Source of the DNA: Calditrichaceae bacterium
GTDB lineage: Bacteria > Calditrichota > Calditrichia > Calditrichales > JBFXGD01
Reading direction: 5' to 3'
Assembly: GCA_050173015.1 (NCBI GenBank)
Contig: JBFXLE010000015.1
Location: forward strand, 31,463-95,462
Length of the DNA: 64,000 nucleotides
A program made the position numbers and the translations under genes. The notes under the pieces are model-generated. The model had not been told where the DNA came from, made no database searches, and saw only the letters and a list, made by a program, of their open reading frames with translations. Positions 9,721 through 18,150 of this stretch are shown here, piece by piece (positions within the stretch are counted from its first letter, which is position 1; the number at the start of each line of letters is the position of its first letter).

Positions 9721-11112
9721 TTATCTTTTTTGAACGACAACATTTTGATTTGCCGCTTTTTCCTGGTCTAAAAATTGCTGGAGACTTGGATCGCTCACAC
9801 CAATTGTCAGAGAATCTTCACGCAGGAAATATTTATCGCTGTTTCCAAGGAAAGTTCCAACGTTATGACAGGTTCCTCTACCGCAGGATACGCCGCCGGT
9901 TGTGTCTGTCATAACCGTCCAACGCCTTATATTATGGGGCGTGGCGTATTTCCAGGTCGGTTCCGCGGTAAAATTAGCAAGCGAAATACTGCCACCCCAA
10001 TTGTCATAGGTGTCCGGAACAATCGGAATATGTCTGACCGGAGCGAAATCGTATGGGCGGGTGGCGCTTTTAAGATAATTTTTACCAATTTTAAAGGTGA
10101 GATAAGATGACCCGGTGATGCCGGCACCGTCAACATGACAGCCATTGCAATTCTTGTAGGCTTGAGAATGGCAGGTCTGGCATGATAATTTTGATCCATT
10201 TCCAGACCAATGCTGATTGTGATAAGCATTTGAAGTAGCTACGTCAGCATGACAGTCTTCGCACTTGGCGGTGATCGGTGAATCTTCAATATAACGATAA
10301 TCATACTGATTACCGTCGCCGTGCATTTCGTGGCCGTCGTGACATAACATACAATCATATCCTTTGGCGGAATGGACATCCATGTAGATTCCTTTATCAC
10401 TGTGAGCCCCGGTATATTCTTCCCCAACACGTGAGCCGTGACACGCGGTACAATTGCTTGTCTGATTTGGCGTTCTTCTGAATGCATGTCCTGATACCAG
10501 ACCACCATTGACCGAGCGCGGTTTACTGATGTGGCATTCGCCGCAGGTGGCGTGACATTTCGCGCAGTCTTTCGTAAAACCCGCGACCATCGCGTCATCA
10601 GTTCTGAGATCCATTCCACCCGATCGCACTTCAAATCTCTGGTGATAGCCTTCCTGAGTGAGATGCAAACTTGTTTCAAAATTTGACACTTGCTGCGAAT
10701 GGCAGGGACCACAATAGGTCTCAGCATCTGTTAAAGACGGATATGGCACTAAATTATTGTGCGCGTCCGTTTTGGTAAATTCTTCAGGATTACCTTTATG
10801 GCAAGCGGTACACCCTAGATTCCCGTGTGTGGAAGTAAGAAATTCGGTTTTTACAAAAACACGTTCCCATGCCTCAACCTGAGGCACTGTGCCGCCTCAG
10901 CCCTCGCCGGATTCACCGCCGGTATCGGGAAGAGGATCGGCAACCTTGATAAGTAAATCTTTGTCTGTATGACAGCTGACACAACTGGTTTCATCCACAG
11001 AAGCGAATTTCTTCGTTTCTACCGGATATTTTTCTTCACATGCTGTCATCCATGTGACCGCGAAAACGAAGAGGACAAGAAGAACAATTTTTCTAAACAT
11101 GACCTTATCCAT
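9721..11112 (-). CDS. Probable selenocysteine-containing multiheme cytochrome c lipoprotein (463 aa; Sec72; 10 CxxCH plus CX4CH)
   Basis: ORFs 10897-11112 and 9721-10887 share a frame and are separated only by TGA-GGC-GGC-ACA (ESGEG*GGTVPQVEAWERV). The upstream part supplies the only signal peptide/lipobox (MTAC) and CVSCH. A SECIS-like hairpin follows the TGA. Confidence 0.85.
10869..10887 (-). promoter_or_regulatory. Putative bacterial SECIS element
   Basis: mRNA GUGCCUCA-GGU-UGAGGCAU forms an 8-bp stem starting 10 nt after the UGA, with a G-containing apical loop resembling the E. coli fdhF SECIS upper hairpin (GCAGGUCUGC). Confidence 0.75.
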
Positions 11113-11149
11113 TTTTTGTGTTTATATAAATAGTTAGTTTAATCATAGC

Positions 11150-11185
11150 AAAAAACAAACCAGGCTCATCACCTGAGCCCGGTTT
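11150..11185 (-). terminator. Intra-operon terminator-like hairpin after the rhodanese gene
   Basis: AAACC-GGGCTCA...TGAGCCT-GGTTT on the minus strand, followed by a U-run. Confidence 0.55.
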
Positions 11186-11223
11186 ATACAACATTTATAA
11201 TTAAGAAAGATCAAACACCCATC

Positions 11224-12261
11224 TTATGGATTAACTCCGGTTGTTACCGGGTAGTCATGACCGGTTGCTTCGCTGAATGGCGCTACTCCGCCTCTTGCCG
11301 CTGTGCTCTTTGTCCATGACATGATGCCATGTTTTAAATTGACAGCATTATATCCAAGAAGATTCAAGGCCGTAGTAGCGATACCACCGGTATGCCCTGT
11401 ATAACAATATACAACAAGGAGGCGAGTCGGATCAATCTTTTTTAAATTATCTTCACTGGCGATTTCTTTCCAGGGAATATTAATCGCGCCCGGAATATGA
11501 CCGATAGCATAATGGTCAGCGGAACGTACGCTTATGATCTGTGGATCATTACTGGTATCACCATCATTGATCACTCCATGAAGAACATCCGCATTGTAAG
11601 TTGCAGACCCTAGTGATGCATAAAGATCAGCTGCCGCCAGCATAATTTCATCAGCATTTGTTGATGAACTGAATTCCGGATTAGCCAGTTCATATGTTGA
11701 GGATGCATTAATTGTTGTTTCAATTTCATAATCAAAACTGGTCGCTTCACTGAACGGCGCTACTCCGCCTCTTGCCGCTTCATCTTTGGTCCAGTCCATA
11801 ATACCAAACTTTAGATTGTAAGCGTCATAACCAAGCGCGCGCAAGATCGTTGTCGCGACACCACCGGTATGGCCAGTATAACAATAAACGGCGATTTTTC
11901 CATTATTCGGGATCGCGGCGATTCTCGCGTCAAGAGCTGCAAGTTTTTCAGTTTTCGCGATATCCCTCCAGTTGATATTGATCGCGCCCGGTATATGCCC
12001 GGCTTCATAATGAGCAGCGCTTCTGACACTGACTACCACATAATTGTTTGAATCATCACCATCATTAATATTGTCATACAAAACCTGAGCTGTCATGATA
12101 GGAGTAACAGCTACATTTACGCTAGCGTCCACAATCGGCTGGAGTACATCAAAATCACTTGTAACCGTGCTGCTGCCGCCGTCATCGCTGTCATCAGAAC
12201 AACCGATAAACATGGCAAACATTAGAGCAAAAATGAAGTACATTAATTTTTTTACCAACAT
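11224..12261 (-). CDS. Tandem rhodanese-domain (sulfurtransferase) lipoprotein
   Basis: Lipobox FIGC; two copies of SVRS..HY..GHIPGAINI and two active-site loops VYCYTGHTG. Confidence 0.9.
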   Translation of the reverse strand: MLVKKLMYFIFALMFAMFIGCSDDSDDGGSSTVTSDFDVLQPIVDASVNVAVTPIMTAQVLYDNINDGDDSNNYVVVSVRSAAHYEAGHIPGAININWRDIAKTEKLAALDARIAAIPNNGKIAVYCYTGHTGGVATTILRALGYDAYNLKFGIMDWTKDEAARGGVAPFSEATSFDYEIETTINASSTYELANPEFSSSTNADEIMLAAADLYASLGSATYNADVLHGVINDGDTSNDPQIISVRSADHYAIGHIPGAINIPWKEIASEDNLKKIDPTRLLVVYCYTGHTGGIATTALNLLGYNAVNLKHGIMSWTKSTAARGGVAPFSEATGHDYPVTTGVNP

Positions 12262-12353
12262 GATAAACCCCTCGCAATTAAAAAGTTAATATTAAAAATA
12301 ATGGAATAAGGCTCTTTTCTCCCTCCCCCTTGTGAAATTATTATCTTTATTGA

Positions 12354-12370
12354 TGCAAAGGGTGTGCCAA
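12354..12370 (-). promoter_or_regulatory. Sigma54 (-24/-12) promoter of the cytochrome operon
   Basis: Minus strand reads TTGGCAC-ACCCT-TTGCA, an exact match to the TGGCAC-N5-TTGCA consensus, about 90 bp upstream of the rhodanese ATG. Confidence 0.85.
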
Positions 12371-12444
12371 CCAGCAAAGCCTTAGTGAGTACCGTTAACT
12401 TTCTGTTTTGTTCTCGTGAAAAGCGCGGCTCAACAAAGGCATAT

Positions 12445-12558
12445 TGAAACAAAATGGTTCACACTTTCTTAAGTTGATTGATAAATATGGGGTTTTCCGA
12501 TGCAACCAAAGCTTGAAACAAACTGTTTCAAAATGCTACTTGAAACGGTTTTTGAAAC
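12445..12558. promoter_or_regulatory. Putative upstream activator (enhancer) sites
   Basis: Perfect palindrome TTGAAACA-aac-TGTTTCAA (12513-12531), imperfect copy TGAAACA-aaa-TGGTTCA (12445-12461), and TTGAAAC half-sites at 12540 and 12552. Confidence 0.55.
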
Positions 12559-12667
12559 ACAGGAATAACTATTCACCATCAATGAGTTCAACTGGTACGT
12601 GAAGTGGCATGGATTTTTGATTTTCTGTATATTTCACGGCATATCTACTATCATAAAGTGATTTAAA

Positions 12668-13342
12668 ATGAAAACAATTTTATGTTTTGCGGCACATCCC
12701 GATGATCTTGAATTCGCATGTACAGGAACTTTACATAAATTTTTAAAAAATGGATATGAGGCTATTTTCGTCATATTGACAAATGGAGAAAACGGCTTTA
12801 AGGCAAAAAGCGATTCCCGTGAAGAGCGTGTCGAAACCAGAAAAAAAGAACAGCTTGAAGTGGCAAAAAAAATGGGGCTGAAAGATGTTATTTTTCTGGA
12901 CAAAAAAGACGGCTTCCTTGAATACGATGAAAATTTACGTCGTAGCTTAGTTCAAATCATAAAGAAATACAGGCCTGAGATTATCTTTTCTTTTGATCCC
13001 GCTAACAATGAATTTGACAGTCTTAATCTTTTCCACCGGGATCATCGGACCGTCGCTATTGCCGTTTTTGACGCCTGCTTTGCCGCTAAAAACAACCTTA
13101 TGTATCCCGGATCTCAGCATAAAGTCGAAAAAATTTATTTCTTCGCGACAAATAAACCCAATCATTTTGAAGATATTTCTGATTTGATTGAATTCAAACT
13201 TGAACTTCTTCGATGTCATAAATCCCAGTTTCCGGATTTTGTAAAAGTCGAAAAGTACCTTAAGGAAAGGGTTTCCGTCAGTCACGGCTCGTACCAATAT
13301 TGCGAGGCATTTCGTGTCATTGAAGTGAGACAGCTGACATAA
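12668..13342 (+). CDS. PIG-L/LmbE family deacetylase
   Basis: AHPDD, TNGE, R..E, HRDH and HKSQ motifs. Confidence 0.9.
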   Translation: MKTILCFAAHPDDLEFACTGTLHKFLKNGYEAIFVILTNGENGFKAKSDSREERVETRKKEQLEVAKKMGLKDVIFLDKKDGFLEYDENLRRSLVQIIKKYRPEIIFSFDPANNEFDSLNLFHRDHRTVAIAVFDACFAAKNNLMYPGSQHKVEKIYFFATNKPNHFEDISDLIEFKLELLRCHKSQFPDFVKVEKYLKERVSVSHGSYQYCEAFRVIEVRQLT

Positions 13343-13527
13343 GTCATCTTTCCGTAAAATTGCCTTTTTATCCCGCGGCAATGCCGCTGTCGTAAATTGC
13401 GCATAGGTGATGAATCCAATGCTGATGGTTAGCGGTATTTCATAATAGCGATAAAAAAATGCCCGATGATATCATCTTCTGATTTACCACCGGGCATTTT
13501 AGACTAGACCCAAAAACACATAAAAGT

Positions 13528-14895
13528 TTATTTCATCAGCAATTTCATAAAATCCGCCACGTCTTTTTCCTTTTCGATGCTCATGACGGCATCCACCAGC
13601 CGATCCCGCCTGGCCTGGCCAATCACCGGTATAACCATCGAATCAAATTTTGAGAGCAGCGTTTTTTCATCCATTGGTTCACGGTAATCGCCCAAGGGAT
13701 AATCGAGTATAATTTTATGTTTTTTACCGTCTTTTGTTTTGATTTCGGCGCTGGCCTGTTTAAGCCCCGGGAAAGTCTTTTCAAATTCAGGATCAGCGAT
13801 CACTTTAATTTTGGGAAGAAAGGATCTCACTTCCTGATCCATGATTTTTTCCGTCTTAAAGGATGCGGGAGTAACACTGCCGTCCACGATCGCGGCAGAT
13901 ATACAATAAGGCAGACTGTGATCTGCTGTTTCCCTGGTTCTCGGATCATATTTTGTCGGATCGGCTAATATATCCGCGGCCCGGGCTACTGTGCCTATGG
14001 TTACCTCATCGATATCGCCTTTAGCAATGTTCTGTTCCTTCATTATCTTTATCACCGCTGACAACGGTGTATGGGTCAGTGCTTCCGTCGGAAATGCTTT
14101 CATTGAACATTTGTTGATTCGGAATGTATCCCCTAAGCCGTCAGTCAGTATATTTAAATCGAACCGGCCGCCAAAAGTATCGGTCAACCCTTCTTTTCCG
14201 TCGATGACATGCGCGGGGCCTTCATAGCCTCTCTTTGCCAGCATTGCTGAATATAATCCGGCCTGTGTGGCCATAGGATCAACCGTGTTCTTCATCATGG
14301 TTAATTTTCCGGCCGTAACCGCCCCTAAGGTGAGATTATGGCTGCCGGAAATCCCTATGGCGTGAACCATTTCCTCAACCGATAAACCCAGTACCTTGCC
14401 TGCTACTAAAGGTGAGGCAAACTGCGTAAGTGTGGCATGATGCCATTTACGCTCCCTGATACCGGGTACGGCAAATTCACACAAACGCATTTCCCATTCA
14501 TAGGCAAGGACAATCGCCGTGATTAAATCTTTACCGCTTTTGTGAAGGACTTCCGCAGGTGTCAGCGCGGCCGGTATAATATCACTTGGATGCGAAGGAT
14601 CCTGATCCCAGTATATATCATTATAATCCAGCGCCCTTATCATTAATGAGTTCAGAAGCGCCTGATTGATCATCGGTAATTTTTTATCTGAATTAATGAC
14701 GGTCGCTTCCGCTTTTCCGCCCATTTCATTATAAAAATCAAGCATAATTTCAACATCTTCCGTCTGACTTCCGCCATAAGCGCAACCGATCGAATCGAGC
14801 AGAAACCTTTTCACGTTGGTGACGGTCTCTTCCGTCAGATTTTCATATTTTAGTTCTTTTGTAAACTCAGCAAGTTCATAAGTGATATTTTGCAT
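13528..14895 (-). CDS. prpD: MmgE/PrpD family protein (2-methylcitrate dehydratase-like)
   Basis: LLDSIGCA, RALDYND, SHPSD, WHHAT, ETADHSLPY and PLGD motifs. Confidence 0.85.
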   Translation of the reverse strand: MQNITYELAEFTKELKYENLTEETVTNVKRFLLDSIGCAYGGSQTEDVEIMLDFYNEMGGKAEATVINSDKKLPMINQALLNSLMIRALDYNDIYWDQDPSHPSDIIPAALTPAEVLHKSGKDLITAIVLAYEWEMRLCEFAVPGIRERKWHHATLTQFASPLVAGKVLGLSVEEMVHAIGISGSHNLTLGAVTAGKLTMMKNTVDPMATQAGLYSAMLAKRGYEGPAHVIDGKEGLTDTFGGRFDLNILTDGLGDTFRINKCSMKAFPTEALTHTPLSAVIKIMKEQNIAKGDIDEVTIGTVARAADILADPTKYDPRTRETADHSLPYCISAAIVDGSVTPASFKTEKIMDQEVRSFLPKIKVIADPEFEKTFPGLKQASAEIKTKDGKKHKIILDYPLGDYREPMDEKTLLSKFDSMVIPVIGQARRDRLVDAVMSIEKEKDVADFMKLLMK

Positions 14896-14995
14896 TTTTC
14901 CTCCGCTGCAAAACAGAGCGGGATAAACGTAAGCTTACCCCGCCATAATTAATTTTTTATCAATGCTTAAAACATGTTCAGGCGCCTGACGATCA

Positions 14996-16114
14996 TCAGA
15001 GATTCCGAGCCACTTCTTCCGCCACCTCGAGCGAAGTGTTCTTCCCGTCCATATCGTATGTTTTAACTTTTCCTTCTTTTATTACTTTTGCAATTGCTTT
15101 TTCAAGCCGGTCAGCATCCTTCTTTTCACCCAGCCAGTCTAACATCAACTTTGCGGTCAGCAGCATGGCCATTGGATTAACCTTATACTGTCCCGCGTAT
15201 TTTGGAGCTGAGCCGTGAGTCGGTTCAAAAACGGCATAATCGTCACCAATGTTTCCGCTGGAAGCAAATCCCAAACCGCCTACCAGCTGAGCCGCCAGAT
15301 CCGAAAGGATGTCACCGAACATGTTTTCGGCAACCAGCACATCATAATCAAAAGGATTTTTCAGCAGCCACATCGTCTGGGCATCAATATTGGTTTCCCA
15401 CATTTGGATATCAGGATATTTTTTTGCCACTTCACGCGCCGTCCGTACCATTAAACCGCCCGTTTCACGAAGTACATTCGGCTTATCTACGACCGTGACC
15501 GATTTCCGGCCGTGTTTTTTCGCGTATTCAAATGCCCTGGTGACAATATTATCGCATTTCTGCCGGCTCATAATCCGTGTGGACATAGCCAGATTATCGA
15601 GTCCGTACTGACCGAATTTTTTCATTTTCGGATGATTTTTACTCAAAACATCAAACACTTCCTGCGGAATTGGATGAAATTCCACACCGCCGTACATTCC
15701 CTCCGTGTTTTCACGAAAAATGACCAGATCGATTCCCTCTTTGAAATTCAGCGGATTGCCCGGATACGCTTTACATGGTCTTAAATTCGTATGCAGATTA
15801 AATTCCTGGCGTAAACGAACAATCGGCGAAAAATACACAAATCCTTTATCTTTCAGCTGTTCGTCAAGCTCCTTTGCCGCTTCCTCTTTTGGCTTGGAGG
15901 TAATCGCTCCAAAAAGCGCGCAATCCGTTTTTCTCATCATATCAATAGTGCGCTGCGGCAGAGGTTCGCCCTCATGTCGCCAGAACTCCCAACCGATATC
16001 GCCGTGAATATACTCGGCGTCAAATTTCAATGCGTCCAATACTATACGCGTCGCTTCCATCACATCGTTACCTACCCCGTCACCGGGGAGCCAGGCGATC
16101 TTATACTTCGACAT
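14996..16114 (-). CDS. Isocitrate/isopropylmalate/homoisocitrate dehydrogenase family protein
   Basis: PGDGVG, RENTEG.Y, NMFGDILSDL, GGLG and EPTHGSAPKY motifs. Confidence 0.9.
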   Translation of the reverse strand: MSKYKIAWLPGDGVGNDVMEATRIVLDALKFDAEYIHGDIGWEFWRHEGEPLPQRTIDMMRKTDCALFGAITSKPKEEAAKELDEQLKDKGFVYFSPIVRLRQEFNLHTNLRPCKAYPGNPLNFKEGIDLVIFRENTEGMYGGVEFHPIPQEVFDVLSKNHPKMKKFGQYGLDNLAMSTRIMSRQKCDNIVTRAFEYAKKHGRKSVTVVDKPNVLRETGGLMVRTAREVAKKYPDIQMWETNIDAQTMWLLKNPFDYDVLVAENMFGDILSDLAAQLVGGLGFASSGNIGDDYAVFEPTHGSAPKYAGQYKVNPMAMLLTAKLMLDWLGEKKDADRLEKAIAKVIKEGKVKTYDMDGKNTSLEVAEEVARNL

Positions 16115-16274
16115 TTTTCACCCCTTTTAATTTTTGACAATCCGACATGGAAAAGCGCCGGATTTCATTTGATGATTTTTATATTTTATCACAATTTTCA
16201 CTCATTATACGGTATATTCAGGCGATTCATCGTCAGATATACCGGAAACCGCCGAATCAGTTCATCAACTAAAT

Positions 16275-16811
16275 TTATTTTACAAGTTCAAAATCTATAA
16301 AATCCACATGGTGAAAAATAATCGCTTCCGGTGAGCGTTTTTCTCCCGCTCCCTCTTTGGAATGAACCGCTATGATATGCATAACTTCTGACTGTATGCC
16401 ATGTTTGAAGGCCAGTCCCACACCGCTAAACGGATGTCTGATATGCTTTCCGTATTCGCTTTTAATGATGGTCCCGTCAGCCTTTTTTTCAAACTCAAAA
16501 AGTTTTCCCACATCGGCGAGCAGCGAACCGGCGATCAAATAATCTCTGTTAACCGCTGTTTTTCTTGAACCGTAAGCATCATCAAGGACCTTATCACAGG
16601 CGATGGCCATTTTGCAGCAGGTTCTGACATGTTCGATAAAATGTATTTTTACATTATCTGCCAGCAGGGTAAATGGAATGGATTTTAACTCCGCGTTTGT
16701 CCAGTTTCTGTATTCCACCGCTTCTGCCCAGCACGCGATGACTTTTTCCCTTAAATGTTTTGCTTTTATTTCATTAATTTCAGGCAGTAATTCCAAAACC
16801 TGGTCACTCAT
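16275..16811 (-). CDS. HD-superfamily (HDIG-like) protein with AD in place of HD
   Basis: FIEHVR...GSLLADVGK...RHPFSG...HIIAVHS...EAIIFHHVD. Confidence 0.75.
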   Translation of the reverse strand: MSDQVLELLPEINEIKAKHLREKVIACWAEAVEYRNWTNAELKSIPFTLLADNVKIHFIEHVRTCCKMAIACDKVLDDAYGSRKTAVNRDYLIAGSLLADVGKLFEFEKKADGTIIKSEYGKHIRHPFSGVGLAFKHGIQSEVMHIIAVHSKEGAGEKRSPEAIIFHHVDFIDFELVK

Positions 16812-16982
16812 AAACAGTCCTTTCATTAATTATATCGCAAATTGAATAAAATTATAATCCTAATTATTTACCACTTCCCCCGTCGTCTCCACAAGAGCGA
16901 AAATGAACCATCCGGGATAACCGATAGGAAAATATTGAATCATCAGAAAAATAATACGATTTTCCTGTTTTTCCCTTACTAA

Positions 16983-17001
16983 GGACACGAGTATCGTGTC
17001 C
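16983..17001. repeat. REP-like palindrome
   Basis: GGACACGA-gta-TCGTGTCC hairpin directly adjacent to the tandem repeat. Confidence 0.5.
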
Positions 17002-17010
17002 CTGCTCATC

Positions 17011-18150
17011 ACTCTTTTCTCTTAACGCTCTTAAATTCTCACTTCCTGCTTCCTACTTCTTACTTTTTGTCTGAACTATGATTCGCCTGATTAATTGAAA
17101 ACTCTGATTTCCGGTTTCTTAATCATCCCAATCATTAAATCATCTTCATCCACCAGAGGCGGACAGGTCAAAGTTCAGACCATTTTCTTCTTTTATCTTA
17201 AATTCCACCCGACGCCGGAGGTGTCGCATTTTTGCAGAACAGGGATTCCCGGTGTAATTGTACGACCCCGACGGGGTCGCGGTATGTTGCGGGGTCTGTT
17301 TTTCTACAATAATTACATCCCTTCGGGATTAGAGATTCAATTTTTCGCCCGGCTCGCCCTACACTTAACTCTTAACTCTTTTCTCTTAACGCTCTTAAAT
17401 TCTCACTTCCTGCTTCCTACTTCTTACTTTTTGTCTGAACTATGATTCGCCTGATTAAATGAAAACTCTGATTTCCGGTTTCTTAATCATCCCAATCATT
17501 TAATCATCTTCATCCACCAGAGGCGGACAGGTCAAAGTTCAGACCATTTTCTTCTTTTATCTTAAATTCCACCCGACGCCGGAGGTGTCGCATTTTTGCA
17601 GAACAGGGATTCCCGGTGTAATTATACGCCCCCTACGGAGTCGCGGTATGTTACGGGGTCCGCTTTTCTACAATAATTACATCCCTTCGGGATTAGAGAT
17701 TCAATTTTTCGCCCGGCTCGCCCTACACTTAACTCTTAACTCTTTTCTCTTAACGCTCTTAAATTCTCACTTCCTGCTTCCTACTTCTTACTTTTTGTCT
17801 GAACTATGATTCGCCTGATTAAATGAAAACTCTGATTTCCGGTTTCTTAATCATCCCAATCATTTAATCATCTTCATCCACCAGAGGCGGACAGGTCAAA
17901 GTTCAGACCATTTTCTTCTTTTATCTTAATTTCCACCCGACGCCGGAGGTGTCGCATTTTTGCAGAACAGGGATTCCCGGTGTAATTGTACGACCCTTAC
18001 GGAGTCGCGGTATGTTACGGGGTCGGCTTTTCTACAATAATTACATCCCTTCGGGATTAGAGATCCAATTTCTCGCCCGGCTCGCCCTACACTTAACTCT
18101 TAACTCTTTTCTCTTAACGCTCCTAAATTCTTACTTCCTACTTCTCACTT
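17011..18150. repeat. Tandem array of three 364-bp composite REP-like units plus a partial fourth
   Basis: ACTCTTTTCTCTTAACGCTC recurs at 17011, 17375, 17739 and 18103. Units are near-identical and contain heptamer runs and several small hairpins. Confidence 0.95.

Noticed and set aside
10897-11112. 71-aa ORF as an independent monoheme protein, or the locus as a nonsense pseudogene
   Set aside because: In-frame continuation, a SECIS-like hairpin at the right distance and the lack of a signal peptide in the downstream ORF favour Sec readthrough; both halves look intact.
17011-18150. CRISPR array
   Set aside because: The unit is 364 bp with no unique spacers, and no cas genes are present.
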